Notes under the pieces: model-generated
The model's database searches: none
Seen by the model: only the letters and a program-made list of their open reading frames with translations
What the model was told of the DNA's origin: nothing
Translations under genes and position numbers: made by a program
Shown here: positions 52,213 to 63,914 of the stretch, piece after piece
How the letters are laid out: every line of letters starts with the position of its first letter
Numbering within the stretch: position 1 is the stretch's first letter
Assembly: GCA_019358915.1 (NCBI GenBank)
Contig: JAHHIM010000012.1
Location: 1-64,000, forward strand
Direction of reading: 5' to 3'
Length of the DNA: 64,000 bases
Source: Trichormus sp. ATA11-4-KO1
GTDB lineage: Bacteria > Cyanobacteriota > Cyanobacteriia > Cyanobacteriales > Nostocaceae

Positions 52213-52636
52213 GATCAGGGGAGGCGATTTCCTAACTTAAGCATCCACCAAAGAACTACAGCAAGAAATAAAGCGTTTAAAAGTCAGCAGAGATTTAGAT
52301 AGCACTAATTCATCGAAACCTCCGTCTGGAGACATCCTGAAATTCCTCCTGGTCGGTCTGTCATTGATTTTTTTTGCACAGGCTCTAATTGCTAATTCTA
52401 ATAAATGTTAGTCTGTCTCGTCCTTCTTTGCTTCCCCAATATTAGAACTGAATCCTTACGTTTAGCCCTTTTCGCTTTCTGATTAAGATAGAATCATAAA
52501 ATGTACCGATAGCCTTTAAAGATATTCAAGTTTAAGCTTTGGTAATTGCTAAGAATTTAGCAAAATTTTGTATTCTATCTTACATATATTATAACAATAC
52601 ATACTTGCTTTGTTCATTTAGCTTTATTTACCAACA

Positions 52637-54718
52637 ATGGCATCAAACTTACTAACTGACAGTCCTATTATTGCATTTACAATTCTCCTGACAGTAATTT
52701 TTACTGTCCCCCCTATATTTGAGCGGCTGCGAGTACCTGGATTAGTAGGTTTGCTGGTAGCTGGTGTGGTGCTTGGGCAAAATGGGTTAAAGCTTTTAGA
52801 CTCTAACTCTGAAACTGTCAGACTACTCTCAGATATTGGCAAAGTTTATTTAATGTTTGTAGCAGGTCTAGAAATTGACCTAGGACAGTTCCGTAAAACT
52901 AAGAATCGCTCAATTGGGTTCGGTATTCTAACATTCTTAGTTCCCTTAATTACTGGTATTCTTGTAGGGCAATTCTTTAATTTCGGTTGGAATACTTCCG
53001 TTCTAATTGGTTCTTTACTAGCCTCACATACTCTCCTGGCATATCCTATTGTCAGCCGTCTGGGAGTTGTGATGAACGAAGCTGTAACAGTTACGGTTGG
53101 TGCCACAATTTTTACTGACACAGGTGCTTTGTTAGTCTTAGCAATTTGTGTGGGTATTCATGAAGGCGAATTCTCTGTCTTGAGTTTAGTAACTTTGTTA
53201 GGTGGATTAGCGATTTACTCTGTTGCTGTGTTATTTGGCTTTGACTGGGCAGGTAAAGAGTTTTTTCGACGTTCTGGGGATGAACAAAGTAACCAATTTT
53301 TATTCATATTATTAGCATTATTTTTGGCATCTGTAGGAGCGCAGATAGTTGGAGTCGAAAAAATTGTTGGCGCATTTTTAGCAGGTTTGGCAGTCAACGA
53401 TGTTCTGGGGCGTAGCCCAGTCAAAGAAAAAATTGAATTTATTGGTAGTGTTTTATTTATCCCTTGTTTTTTTGTAGACATGGGACTGTTGATTAATATT
53501 CCTGCATTTATCAAAACCCTCAGTTCAATTTGGCTAACTGTCGTAATTGTAGTAGCTTTGATTAGCAGCAAATTTATCGCGGCATTTTTAGCAAAACTCC
53601 TGTACCGCTACAACACGGCGGAAATGCTGACGATGTGGTCATTATCACTACCACAAGTAGCAGCCACTCTAGCAGCATCATTGGTCGCCTATCAAACTGT
53701 AAATTCTGCTGGTGAAAGGCTAATCAATGAAGGTGTCTTAAACAGTGTAATTGTTCTCATGTTAGTGACTTCAATTTTGGGTCCATTAATTACAGCCCGA
53801 TTTGCTGCATTGTTACAGCTTCCTCAAACAGATTTTGAAACAGAAAATCTTTCAACTTGGTGGGAAAGTTCTGAGGGTCAGCCATTAGAGCAAATCCACC
53901 ATCCATTCACTGTAGTAGTACCAATATATAACCCGCAAACCCAGCGTTATTTGCTAGAAATAGCAGCACTAATAGCTCATCATGAATCTGGAAAAATTGT
54001 GCCATTAGCTATTACTAAAGCCCATATTCATATGGACGATCCACAATTAATAACAGCACTTGAGCAAAGTCAGCAAAGATTGAAGTTAGCCAAAGAAATA
54101 AGTCAAGAATTTGATGTAGAAGTGTCAACAGCAATTCGGATTGATGATGATATAGCTTTGGCAATTAGTCGCGCCAGTCGAGAACAAAATGCCAGTTTAG
54201 TAGTAATGGGTTGGTCGCGCACAACAGGCTTGCGTGCCCGTTTATTTGGCAATGTAATTGATAGTGTTTTTTGGTCTTCTCATTGTCCAGTGGCAGTAAC
54301 ACGTCTGGTTAGTAGTCCTACCACAATCAAAAGAATTCTTGTACCAATTGGAGATTTAAGACCACAAACTATCAGCGCTTGGCGATTTGCCCAAATGTTG
54401 GCTGATGTTAATCAAGCAGAAGTGGTGTTATTGCATGTATCGGATCGCAACACTCCTGCTAATCTGGTAGAACAATTTACTCATCAATTGTCTGATATTG
54501 TTTCTAAAAGTCATTTACAAGTAAGTCCACATATCCAAATAATTACAGACGATGATGTTGCTAAAGTCATTATTCGGGAAGCTCAGGCATTTGATTTAGC
54601 AGTATTACGTTCTGTCCGTTATCGCACAACAGGTGGATTAGCTGTCAGCCAAGTAACAACGCAGGTAATTGCAGAGTTAACATGCTCTATTGTGTTGCTG
54701 GGAGAGGCTCATCTTTAA
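52637..54718 (+). CDS. Cation:proton antiporter (CPA2) with C-terminal USP domains
   Basis: About 12 TM helices; LMFVAGLE, ASHTL and IFTD motifs; two USP-like domains. Confidence 0.88.
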   Translation: MASNLLTDSPIIAFTILLTVIFTVPPIFERLRVPGLVGLLVAGVVLGQNGLKLLDSNSETVRLLSDIGKVYLMFVAGLEIDLGQFRKTKNRSIGFGILTFLVPLITGILVGQFFNFGWNTSVLIGSLLASHTLLAYPIVSRLGVVMNEAVTVTVGATIFTDTGALLVLAICVGIHEGEFSVLSLVTLLGGLAIYSVAVLFGFDWAGKEFFRRSGDEQSNQFLFILLALFLASVGAQIVGVEKIVGAFLAGLAVNDVLGRSPVKEKIEFIGSVLFIPCFFVDMGLLINIPAFIKTLSSIWLTVVIVVALISSKFIAAFLAKLLYRYNTAEMLTMWSLSLPQVAATLAASLVAYQTVNSAGERLINEGVLNSVIVLMLVTSILGPLITARFAALLQLPQTDFETENLSTWWESSEGQPLEQIHHPFTVVVPIYNPQTQRYLLEIAALIAHHESGKIVPLAITKAHIHMDDPQLITALEQSQQRLKLAKEISQEFDVEVSTAIRIDDDIALAISRASREQNASLVVMGWSRTTGLRARLFGNVIDSVFWSSHCPVAVTRLVSSPTTIKRILVPIGDLRPQTISAWRFAQMLADVNQAEVVLLHVSDRNTPANLVEQFTHQLSDIVSKSHLQVSPHIQIITDDDVAKVIIREAQAFDLAVLRSVRYRTTGGLAVSQVTTQVIAELTCSIVLLGEAHL

Positions 54719-54769
54719 AAGTGCTTTCTTCGTGAGTGCTGAGTATTATAAACCGCCATAGGTGAGAAA

Positions 54770-55930
54770 CTAACCAAATAATCGCTGCCAAGTTAACTGT
54801 TTCCTACCTTCATCCCAATGCCAGCGTAATAAATTGGCACATTGACTGGCAATAATTCCCGGTAAATTAATCGCTTGTCTAGGTGCATTGGTAGCTAAGG
54901 TGATGGCACTTTCTACGTCACAAATTCCCCACTTTACTAAATTTTGTACTCCCACCAATAAAGGTAAAGTCGTACCTGATAAAGTGCCATCTGATAATCT
55001 TGCAGTGCCATTTTTGACTTCAATTTGCCGGCTGTCCCAAGGGTAAACCCCATCGGGTAGCCCTAGGGGGGCGAGGGCATCGCTCACCAGAAACAGCCCT
55101 TGTGTTTGATTGCTAACGCAAAGTAGAATTTGCAGCATCGTGGGTGCAACGTGTTCCCCGTCAGCAATCAAACCACACATCACATGAGGATGGATAATTG
55201 CTGCCCCTAATAGCCCTGGTTCGCGGTGATGTAATGGGGGCATGGCGTTAAAAGCATGAGTTACCATTGTTGCACCTAGTTCAAAAGCACGTTGTGCTTG
55301 CGCTGTTGTTGCCTGGGAATGCCCTAAACTAACAGTAATGCCCAAAGAACGCAAATATGGAATTACTTTGTCAGTGGGGTCTAACTCTGGTGCTAAGGTA
55401 ATAACTTTGACAATGTGGGCATAATCACCTAAAACTATATTTACTTTGTCGATTGTGAGGGGTAATAAGTACTCGGCTGGGTGAGCGCCACGCTTTTGGT
55501 AATTCAAAAATGGCCCTTCTAGATGTACTCCCAGGATTTTGCTACCGGCTGTTTGATTAGCTAGAAAATCAGCAATTGTGGCAAGCGATCGCTGGATATT
55601 TTCTACGGAAGTAGTGACAATAGTTGGTAAAAAGCCATCAACTCCGACATCCCATAGAAATTGCGATACTTTTGCCAGTAGATGAGCATTTTTAGGTTGC
55701 AAATCGGGGAATGCTAATCCTAATGCCCCGTTAATCTGCAAATCAACTCCACCCAAAGAAATCCAGTCACCAGCTACATCTAAAAGGGGTGCATAACCTT
55801 GGGATCGCGTAGTCATGGGCCAAATTTGCTCAACTATACCCTCATGATTAACTGAGAGCCTCTGCAAATCTTGATAACCAGGTACTCGCGCATTGATGAT
55901 ATCTATGGGGTTTTGTGTTGCTTTGATCAT
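54770..55930 (-). CDS. nagA: N-acetylglucosamine-6-phosphate deacetylase
   Basis: DLQING, HLEGPF, KRGAH, LAPE, GHS, THAFNAM and ADGEH motifs. Confidence 0.93.
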   Translation of the reverse strand: MIKATQNPIDIINARVPGYQDLQRLSVNHEGIVEQIWPMTTRSQGYAPLLDVAGDWISLGGVDLQINGALGLAFPDLQPKNAHLLAKVSQFLWDVGVDGFLPTIVTTSVENIQRSLATIADFLANQTAGSKILGVHLEGPFLNYQKRGAHPAEYLLPLTIDKVNIVLGDYAHIVKVITLAPELDPTDKVIPYLRSLGITVSLGHSQATTAQAQRAFELGATMVTHAFNAMPPLHHREPGLLGAAIIHPHVMCGLIADGEHVAPTMLQILLCVSNQTQGLFLVSDALAPLGLPDGVYPWDSRQIEVKNGTARLSDGTLSGTTLPLLVGVQNLVKWGICDVESAITLATNAPRQAINLPGIIASQCANLLRWHWDEGRKQLTWQRLFG

Positions 55931-55962
55931 GACATTAGTTAGAAAATTAAGTATAGCCGTAG

Positions 55963-56108
55963 TAGTCTGTCAATAAATCATGGAGGGATAAAGGAACGAA
56001 CCACAAAGGGCACAAAGAGCGCGTTCGCGTCAGCGTCTCGCAGAGAAGAAAGAGGAAAAAACAAGAATCAAAAATTGATTTATCCACCAAAATTACTTTG
56101 ACAGATTA
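55963..56108. mobile_element. MITE with TA.TCTGTCAA TIR and 4-bp TSD, nested in another repeat
   Basis: TAGTCTGTCAA...TTGACAGATTA; GTAG duplicated at 55959-55962 and 56109-56112; splits TATAGCCGTAG|TCACATAGG. Confidence 0.75.
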
Positions 56109-56249
56109 GTAGTCACATAGGTGAGAACAGTGTTAATTGCTTAGAGTAATGAAGCAACTAGTTTTATACTCAGCACTCAGCACTCAGCACTCAGCACTTT
56201 GCTATAAATCTGACGGCAATTCACCCAAAATCTAAAATCCCAAATTAAC

Positions 56250-56774
56250 ATGGCTCCCCTTATCGGTATTATCATGGGCAGCGATTCAGACTTGCCCACC
56301 ATGAAAGACGCGATCGCAGTTTGTCAAGAGTTTGGCGTAGAAAGTGAAGTAGCGATCGTTTCTGCCCATCGTACTCCAGAACGCATGGTGCAATATGCCC
56401 AACAAGCTCACCAACGTGGTATTAAAGTGATTATCGCTGGTGCGGGTGGTGCAGCACATCTTCCCGGAATGGTGGCATCTTTAACCCCACTTCCTGTCAT
56501 CGGTGTTCCCATAGCTACCCGCAACTTACAAGGAATTGATTCTTTGTATTCAATTGTACAGATGCCAGGGGGTATCCCAGTGGCCACAGTTGCAATAGGT
56601 AACGCTAAGAATGCTGGGCTTTTGGCGGTGCAAATTCTGGCTACTCAGCAACCAGAATTACTAGAAAGAGTGCAACAATACCGCCAAAGTCTATCTGAAT
56701 CGGTAATTGCCAAGCAAGCAAAACTAGAACAACTTGGCTATGAAAAATATTTGCAACAAGAAGGTGACAGGTGA
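56250..56774 (+). CDS. purE: N5-carboxyaminoimidazole ribonucleotide mutase
   Basis: [24 protein letters not shown] and [11 protein letters not shown] motifs. Confidence 0.97.
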   Translation: MAPLIGIIMGSDSDLPTMKDAIAVCQEFGVESEVAIVSAHRTPERMVQYAQQAHQRGIKVIIAGAGGAAHLPGMVASLTPLPVIGVPIATRNLQGIDSLYSIVQMPGGIPVATVAIGNAKNAGLLAVQILATQQPELLERVQQYRQSLSESVIAKQAKLEQLGYEKYLQQEGDR

Positions 56775-56788
56775 GAAGGGGGTAGAGG

Positions 56789-56919
56789 TAAGTAGGTAGG
56801 CACAAATAAAATCAACTATGTAAAGAAAAATGAATCAGCTTAAAACCCTCTTCCCTTCTGCCTCCTGCCTTCTGCCTTATGCCTTATCCTAGCGATAAAT
56901 TTTCCCACCCACCTACTTA
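56789..56919. mobile_element. MITE with TAAGTAGGT.GG TIR (TA-flanked, IS630-like)
   Basis: TAAGTAGGTAGG...CCCACCTACTTA; internal (TCTGCCT) tandem repeats. Confidence 0.65.
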
Positions 56920-57289
56920 TCGTTTTTTTAGCTATCAAATAAAGTCTCTAGATGTTAATCAGAACTAACCAGCCAATATGAACTGCGTACATCAAAACTG
57001 ACGAAAATGTTTTTCCTTGGGACTTTTCACACAGCACTCAGGAAGGAAGCACTCAAGAAGCACTTTTCAGTCAGGGTGAGATGTATTTGGCGATTTTTGC
57101 CGTTTTTACTAGCAGTAAGTCAATATTGAAACATTGACTTGGAAGTAACAATTAATTCACCTTTTTTATATAAATTTAATAAACTTCTTGACTTTTCTAT
57201 CCTGAAATCAGAAAATGCTGACACTGTAAAGAATACAGTTGGTTGCTGCCAATACTTTAAGCCTCCTAAAAGAGTCAAAAAAATAAAAT

Positions 57290-57305
57290 TGTATCCAATA
57301 ATACA
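57290..57305 (+). promoter_or_regulatory. NtcA binding site upstream of the ammonium transporter
   Basis: TGTA-TCCAATAA-TACA matches GTA-N8-TAC; a -10-like GAGAAT lies ~22 nt downstream. Confidence 0.8.
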
Positions 57306-57757
57306 GAATTACATCATGTGTAAATAGAGAATCAGTCAAATTTATTCGCGATTCTACCAAGGTTGATCGAGGAAATCACTGTCATGATGCTGGTTTTTGG
57401 TAGCTCACAGTAGTAAAGTTGCTGTATTTTTAGCAACCCTATAATGTGAATTTTACGTAAATATTGGCAATTTTGGGCATTTCTCGTCCCAAAGCATGAT
57501 TATTTTCAAATTAAAGTTGAAGTAAAGGAGGTTTGATTGTTTCAGAAACTACAAAATAATTTCTTAAAAATATCCTCAAAATGTTTACAAATGTACCAAT
57601 AGTTTTCTAAACTCCTATTTGGGTTATTTAAATTTCGGCTTGGCAAACCAGTGGTATAAATGATTAATATCAAAAACCATTGGTTAAGATTTGGGCGTTA
57701 GGTTTTTTGGCTGAACTTGTTTTTCTATATCAAGGTTGGAGGATGTTATTCAAACCC

Positions 57758-59332
57758 ATGCACACACAAAAATCAAAAATCAAAAATAGGCGTTTATCTG
57801 CAAGAAACTACGCTAAAAGCAGTAAATTTAACTCAAAATTCCAAGAATTTAATCTAGGAATTAAAAGACTTTCTCCTAGTTGGCAAGCTTGTTTACCTTT
57901 AGCTTGTTTGATTGTTTTGGGTTGGGGTTATGTGGCAGTTGCCCAAACACCAGATGCGGGGCCAACAACAGCAGAACTCAAAGTTGCGCTTGATACTCTG
58001 TGGGTGGCGATCGCGGCATTTTTAGTATTCTTCATGAATGCTGGTTTTGGCATGTTAGAAACCGGTTTTTGTCGCCAGAAAAACGCTGTCAATGTTCTCT
58101 CAAAAAACTTGATTGTCTTTGCTTTAGCTAGCATTGCCTTTTGGGCAATTGGTTTTGGCTTAATGTTTGGTGATGGTAATAACTTCTTAGGAACCTCTGG
58201 GTTTTTCCTCACAGGAGCAGATAACAGTCCAGCAACAGGCGACGCTTATAAAGGTGTCTTCAGTGCCTTGAATTGGGCTGGTGTACCTTTAGCTGCCAAG
58301 TTTTTATTTCAATTGGCGTTTGCTGGAACAGCTGCCACAATTGTTTCCGGTGCAGTTGCCGAAAGAATTAAATTTGTTGACTTTTTAATCTTCAGCGTCC
58401 TACTTGTAGGTATTGCCTACCCTATAACCGGACATTGGATTTGGGGTGGTGGTTGGCTAAGTGAATTTGGATTCTGGGATTTTGCAGGTTCTACCGTTGT
58501 CCACTCAGTCGGTGGTTGGGCAGCCTTAATGGGAGCAGCTTTTCTTGGGCCACGTATTGGTAAATATCAAGATCGGCAAGTTGTGGCTTTACCCGGTCAC
58601 AATATGAGTATTGCCACATTAGGCTGTTTGATTCTGTGGTTGGGTTGGTTTGGTTTTAACCCTGGTTCCACAATGGCTGCTGATGCCGAGGCGATCGCCC
58701 ACATTGCTGTCACAACTAACATGGCAGCTGCTGCGGGTGGAATTGCCGCTACAGGTACAGCTTGGATTTACTTAGGTAAGCCAGACTTGTCAATGATTAT
58801 CAACGGTATTTTGGCTGGCTTGGTAGGGATTACAGCCCCCTGTGCTTTTGTCAATATTCCTGGTTCCTTAATAATTGGTTTCATTGCCGGAGTCATAGTA
58901 GTTTTTTCAGTAACACTGTTTGACAAAATCCGCATTGATGATCCAGTAGGAGCAACCTCAGTTCACCTAGTTTGTGGTATTTGGGGAACTCTGGCAGTTG
59001 GTCTATGGTCTGTTGGGCCTGGTGTTTATTCCTGGTATGGTGACGGTGCTGGCCCATCTGCGGGTTTATTTGCTGGTGGTGGCTTAGGACAATTCTTCAT
59101 TCAACTGGTTGGCGTTCTCGCTGTAGGTGGAATGACAGTTCTTCTCAGCAGTATCTTCTGGCTGATACTCAAGGCTCTCTTAGGTATCCGAGTCACGCGG
59201 GAAGAGGAATTAGAAGGTTTGGATATCGGCGAACATGGCATGGAAGCCTACAGTGGATTCCTCAAAGAGGCTACCCCTGGCGGATTTCCTGAAGGACATA
59301 GCTCAGCCGAAATAGCACCAGATAAATATTGA
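57758..59332 (+). CDS. amt1: Ammonium transporter (Amt1 type)
   Basis: [40 protein letters not shown] and DDPVGA..VH motifs; start uncertain (57743 or 57758). Confidence 0.92.
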   Translation: MHTQKSKIKNRRLSARNYAKSSKFNSKFQEFNLGIKRLSPSWQACLPLACLIVLGWGYVAVAQTPDAGPTTAELKVALDTLWVAIAAFLVFFMNAGFGMLETGFCRQKNAVNVLSKNLIVFALASIAFWAIGFGLMFGDGNNFLGTSGFFLTGADNSPATGDAYKGVFSALNWAGVPLAAKFLFQLAFAGTAATIVSGAVAERIKFVDFLIFSVLLVGIAYPITGHWIWGGGWLSEFGFWDFAGSTVVHSVGGWAALMGAAFLGPRIGKYQDRQVVALPGHNMSIATLGCLILWLGWFGFNPGSTMAADAEAIAHIAVTTNMAAAAGGIAATGTAWIYLGKPDLSMIINGILAGLVGITAPCAFVNIPGSLIIGFIAGVIVVFSVTLFDKIRIDDPVGATSVHLVCGIWGTLAVGLWSVGPGVYSWYGDGAGPSAGLFAGGGLGQFFIQLVGVLAVGGMTVLLSSIFWLILKALLGIRVTREEELEGLDIGEHGMEAYSGFLKEATPGGFPEGHSSAEIAPDKY

Positions 59333-59352
59333 TTTTGTTTGATTCAAGTTTT

Positions 59353-59476
59353 GGCGTTGCTGAATCAGAGTATGAAATTTCAAAATTACATTTCTGCAAC
59401 TCTTATTCTTTGCGCCTCTGCGTGTTAGCAAAGCGGGGCGTAGCTCGGCTACTTCATACATTCAATCAGCAACGCC
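59353..59476 (+). mobile_element. GGCGTTGCTGA-TIR MITE, diverged copy
   Basis: GGCGTTGCTGAATCAGAGTATGAA...TTCAATCAGCAACGCC; no clear TSD. Confidence 0.75.
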
Positions 59477-59753
59477 AAATATTTTAATAATTCGTCCAAA
59501 ATGCATTACATCTTGGGCTGTTTTTATAGGCTTTTTCTTAACATTCAACAATTTCTGGGTAAATACTTTTGCTATGTCACAAATTATCGATTGAGTTCAA
59601 AAAGCAAAACTACCACCCACATAAATTTTAGCTTAGGCGTAAATGCTTTTTAGCGGCTTGCCGCAGGCGCAGGCATCGCGTTGCAAAAAATGTATAAAGT
59701 TGCTCTGAGAATTCATTCTTAGGCGTTTGTTGGGACTAGTGCAAGACAGAAGT

Positions 59754-60797
59754 TTACTTAAGTCTTTCGTAAGCAGCCAAGATAATTTTTTCAGTTTCAT
59801 CCCAACTAATACATTTATCAGTTACAGAGACACCATACTTTAATTCTTCTCGTTTACCAGTAATAGGTTGATTACCTTCATACAAATGTGATTCCAGCAT
59901 CATACCGACAATTGATGTATTACCATCAACTATTTGTTGAATTACATTTTCCAACACAGTAGATTGTAATTTGTAGTCTTTGTTGGTATTTCCGTGGCTA
60001 CAATCAATGACAATTCTTGGTGATAAATTTGCCTGTTTTAATTTTTCTTCGACCAATTGGACATTAGCTGCATCAAAGTTGGGCTGATTGCCACCTCTTA
60101 AAATAACATGACCATAGGTATTTCCTTTAGTTTGAAATACACTGACCTGTCCCTTATGATTAATTCCCAGAAAATTATGCGGGCTTTTCGCTGATTGTAG
60201 AGCATTTAATGCTACTTGAATATTACCATCAGTCCCATTTTTGAACCCTACAGGCATTGAAAGACCGCTTGCCATTTCACGATGGGTTTGTGATTCGGTC
60301 GTACGAGCGCCAATGGCAGACCATGTAATCAGTTCACTAATATATTGAGGTATAATTGGATCTAGTGCTTCTGTCCCAGCAGGTAACCCCATCTCGGCAA
60401 TTTTTAATAATAGGCTACGCGCAATTAATAAACCATTTTCTACATGGAAAGAATCATCCATATCTGGGTCATTAATCAATCCCTTCCATCCTACTGTTGT
60501 TCTAGGTTTTTCAAAGTATACCCTCATTATCAGTAGCAGTTTATCCTTAACTTGTTCAGACAAAACTTTCAGCTTTTGGGAATATTCCATTGCTGCTTGT
60601 GTATCATGAATTGAGCATGGGCCAACTACTATAAATTTCCTACGATCCTGAAAATCTAGTATGTTTTTTATTTCCTGTCTATGTTTCAAGACAGTTTGTT
60701 CAGCCAATTTTGTTAAAGGTAACCTTGATTTTACTTCGTTGGGGGTTAATAATACGTGAGAATTCTTGATGTTAGTGTTAAATAATTTATTGTGCAT
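59754..60797 (-). CDS. 3-deoxy-7-phosphoheptulonate (DAHP) synthase, class I-alpha
   Basis: GPCSIHD, RVYFEKPRTTVGWKG, IGARTTESQ.HR and DCSHGN motifs. Confidence 0.93.
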   Translation of the reverse strand: MHNKLFNTNIKNSHVLLTPNEVKSRLPLTKLAEQTVLKHRQEIKNILDFQDRRKFIVVGPCSIHDTQAAMEYSQKLKVLSEQVKDKLLLIMRVYFEKPRTTVGWKGLINDPDMDDSFHVENGLLIARSLLLKIAEMGLPAGTEALDPIIPQYISELITWSAIGARTTESQTHREMASGLSMPVGFKNGTDGNIQVALNALQSAKSPHNFLGINHKGQVSVFQTKGNTYGHVILRGGNQPNFDAANVQLVEEKLKQANLSPRIVIDCSHGNTNKDYKLQSTVLENVIQQIVDGNTSIVGMMLESHLYEGNQPITGKREELKYGVSVTDKCISWDETEKIILAAYERLK

Positions 60798-61044
60798 AGA
60801 GCAGAACACGAGATTTTTGCTATTTTATTGATGAGTGAAAAATCAATATACATATTTTAAATCAAAAGTACAACATCAACTCAGGTAATTTTAAAATAGC
60901 AAGTTGTCTGCCTAACTAATTTATATTTTGACTGTTAGGTTAATAACTACGGATAACTAATTGTTTTCTTTTCATAACTTAAAAAGGGGAAATATACCCC
61001 TTTTCTAAGTTACTAGACTATAGTCACAGTACTAGTGTATTTTA

Positions 61045-62703
61045 CTACTGCCATACAAACACTTTGGCTTCATATGGACCTAAGTCAGTAATGATGCCAT
61101 CATCACCAGCTTCAACATCGTAATTACCTGTCCATTCATGCCATGTACCACCACAAGGGAAGTTGGGAACGTGGTAGCCAGCTAAAAAGTTTTCTGAAAA
61201 ATTCGCTACAACCACAACACGAGAGCCTTCTTCATTCCAACGGCTATAGGCCAGCACCTTTACCTCTGGATTCTCGTGGATAAAATCGATATTTTCTGTA
61301 TAAAGGGCATGACTAGTTTTACGCAGATTTATTAACCCCTTGTAGTAATCAAATAAGCTACGATTTAGCTCATTACTTAGCAGTGACCATTCGATTTTAG
61401 ATGACTCAGGTTGTTTGGGTTTGTATTCACCAAATTCTTCTCCCATCCAAATTAAGGGTACGCCAACAGAAGTCATGAGAATAGCTGCTCCCAATTTAGC
61501 CCGTTTAAAACCTTCTTCATCAAAAAGATTTCGATTAGCCAGTTCTCGCATAGTACGTTCATGGTCGTGGTTAGTCAGGTAATTTACCACATTCGTAGCT
61601 CCCATGAAGCCTTGACGTTTACCGTCAATCACATCTTTGAGGTTGTCTAAATTAAAAGTATCACCACAAATATGCACCATAATTGTATGGCGGAAACTGT
61701 CGTGCCAACAACCATCCATTGGGCCATCTATATTGGTAATGCTAGTGGTTTCAGGAATGTGTTCGGCAATGTTATAAAAAGGCTTATTACCAGCAGTTTT
61801 TTTCGCTTCTTGAACAATCCAGTGCATGAAATCGTAATTGCCAATTTGCCTGGCTGCATCATAGCGAATACCATCTACATGATATTCTTCAATCCAAAAC
61901 CGGATTGTATCACCGATAAATCTGCGTGCTGGGTAAGTATCTAAATCTTCGTCATAGTGTTCGTAATTAAACTCAGGTCCCCAATTATTATCAGGGTCAC
62001 GGGGAGAATGATGATACCAATAATCGTGGTCAATTTGAGTTAAAGGACTAGATGCTTCTGAGTGATTATAAATCCCATCCATAATGATGCGGATACCTCT
62101 ACAGTGACACTCATCAATCAGCTGCTTTAATTCAGCAGTAGAACCATAACTAGATTCTGTGGCAAAGAAATAGCGGGGATTATAACCCCAACTATAATCA
62201 CCAGGGTATTCTTTGATGGGCATCAACTCAATAGCGTTGATTCCTAATTCACACAAATAATCTAACTTTTCAATGACGTGTTTATACTTTCCTCTAGCAT
62301 ATGGATCATCTTCACCACCAGAAAAATCTCCAACGTGCAATTCATAAATTACTAATTCATGGTCAGCAGGTAAAGGTTTATCATCATGTTTCCAAACATA
62401 AGTGTCAACTATTCTCTCTCCATCTTTTATTCGCAGAATACTGTTATCCTTGCCACTCAATTCATCAATATCAGTAGCATAAGGATCTGTGACATCAACC
62501 CACTGTTCTGGTTCAAAAAACCACGAATTTGACTGAACCCGAAATTTATATTGATAAACGCCATCTTCTAGTTCCACACTTGTGCGAAAATAGCCATCAT
62601 CGCCCTTTTTCATGGGGATTTCTTGCCAATCTGAAAAAGAACCAATTAATGCGGCTCCTTTATTATGAGGCGCAAATAAATTAAATTCGATGGGCTGTGC
62701 CAT
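61045..62703 (-). CDS. GH13 alpha-amylase-family glycoside hydrolase with an N-terminal CBM48-like domain
   Basis: YELHVG, ELMP, WGYNP, DGIRYDA, IAE and NHD motifs. Confidence 0.9.
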   Translation of the reverse strand: MAQPIEFNLFAPHNKGAALIGSFSDWQEIPMKKGDDGYFRTSVELEDGVYQYKFRVQSNSWFFEPEQWVDVTDPYATDIDELSGKDNSILRIKDGERIVDTYVWKHDDKPLPADHELVIYELHVGDFSGGEDDPYARGKYKHVIEKLDYLCELGINAIELMPIKEYPGDYSWGYNPRYFFATESSYGSTAELKQLIDECHCRGIRIIMDGIYNHSEASSPLTQIDHDYWYHHSPRDPDNNWGPEFNYEHYDEDLDTYPARRFIGDTIRFWIEEYHVDGIRYDAARQIGNYDFMHWIVQEAKKTAGNKPFYNIAEHIPETTSITNIDGPMDGCWHDSFRHTIMVHICGDTFNLDNLKDVIDGKRQGFMGATNVVNYLTNHDHERTMRELANRNLFDEEGFKRAKLGAAILMTSVGVPLIWMGEEFGEYKPKQPESSKIEWSLLSNELNRSLFDYYKGLINLRKTSHALYTENIDFIHENPEVKVLAYSRWNEEGSRVVVVANFSENFLAGYHVPNFPCGGTWHEWTGNYDVEAGDDGIITDLGPYEAKVFVWQ

Positions 62704-62971
62704 AAAATTGTTTGCTATAGAAAATGTAGGTATGAGTATTTTCTATATTATCAATCAATTTGCAAATCAGTCTATAGAGATAATTAGATAAGTACTTCCT
62801 CTATCTGGGGTCAGACTATTCAATATTTCAAAGGATTGTTTCTTAACAGTTAAGTTATAATATTATTTATTTTCAGGTTATCGTCAATTGTCAACCATCA
62901 TAGGGTATAATGAATTTTTCAAATATTCGGTGTCAGCGCTAGTATTAGCGACCGAATATTTGCTATTAAAA

Positions 62972-63349
62972 TTACTCCAGTTTATTGTGATTATCTTGCC
63001 AATAACTTAATAACCAATTTGCTGCCGTTGCTCTACGAGTCTGTCGAGGTCCAAATTCACCAATTTTATAACCTTTGAAACCCAGTTTTTCTTTGACGAT
63101 TTGTTTGTTTTCTGTAGGAATAGAACGGGTTAACTTGACTGTTGCTGGGCGACTTGCAATAAAATCAGGTGGTTGTGGGTATTCATCTCGCCAATCAGAT
63201 ACAACTTCGCTATTGTGCCATTTTTCAGTTGTAGAGTCATAGCGATAGCCCAAGTAGTACCATACCAATTGGTTGACTGTGGCATCATCAATTTGATCAT
63301 TGAGAATTGCCCAAATAGTTTCTGTATTGAGTGGTGGCAAGTTACACAT
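62972..63349 (-). CDS. DUF1823-family protein
   Basis: VNQLVW..LGYR...YP.PPDFI..RPA.VKLTRSIP...RTRRAT-like motifs. Confidence 0.75.
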   Translation of the reverse strand: MCNLPPLNTETIWAILNDQIDDATVNQLVWYYLGYRYDSTTEKWHNSEVVSDWRDEYPQPPDFIASRPATVKLTRSIPTENKQIVKEKLGFKGYKIGEFGPRQTRRATAANWLLSYWQDNHNKLE

Positions 63350-63617
63350 AAGTAATCAAGAATTTACAATTCACGTGCTAGGAAATCGGTAATCTAATAA
63401 TTAAAGATAGCAACATTCAGAGTGCTGCGGTGTGTAGTTAGTAATAGTAAAAATAATCTATCACTACTTTGGTTGACTTCTCAAGATAGAAATGATTTTA
63501 TCTCTATCTACGCCTACTGAATGAGTTATCCGCCAAAACCAAAAGTGTTTGACTTAAAAAAGCGATTGTGCATCCACAAAGCAGTTAGACTGGAAATCGT
63601 AAATTATAGACCAGTCA

Positions 63618-63914
63618 ATGCAAAATCCTACATCACAGCCCAAGATAGTGCGCGCCCATGTATTCATTTCCGGTCGAGTTCAAGGGGTAGGCTATCGCTA
63701 TGCTACTGTCGATACAGCTAGCCAGTTGGGATTAACTGGTTGGGTGCGGAATCTTCCTGATAATTGTGTGGAGGCAGTTTTTGAAGGAGCACGGGTGATT
63801 GTGGAAGAGATGGTTCGCTGGTGTCACACTGGCCCACCTGCGGCTGTAGTGAAAGATGTTGTAGTTGAGTATGAACAACCGGAAGGCTTGCGGGGATTTG
63901 AGGTAAAGCGGTAA
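63618..63914 (+). CDS. acyP: Acylphosphatase
   Basis: SGRVQGVGYR, GWVRN and GPPAA motifs. Confidence 0.93.
   Translation: MQNPTSQPKIVRAHVFISGRVQGVGYRYATVDTASQLGLTGWVRNLPDNCVEAVFEGARVIVEEMVRWCHTGPPAAVVKDVVVEYEQPEGLRGFEVKR

Noticed and set aside
59754..60797. Class I-alpha DAHP synthase as a sign of a secondary-metabolite cluster
   Set aside because: It stands alone, with no biosynthetic neighbours.
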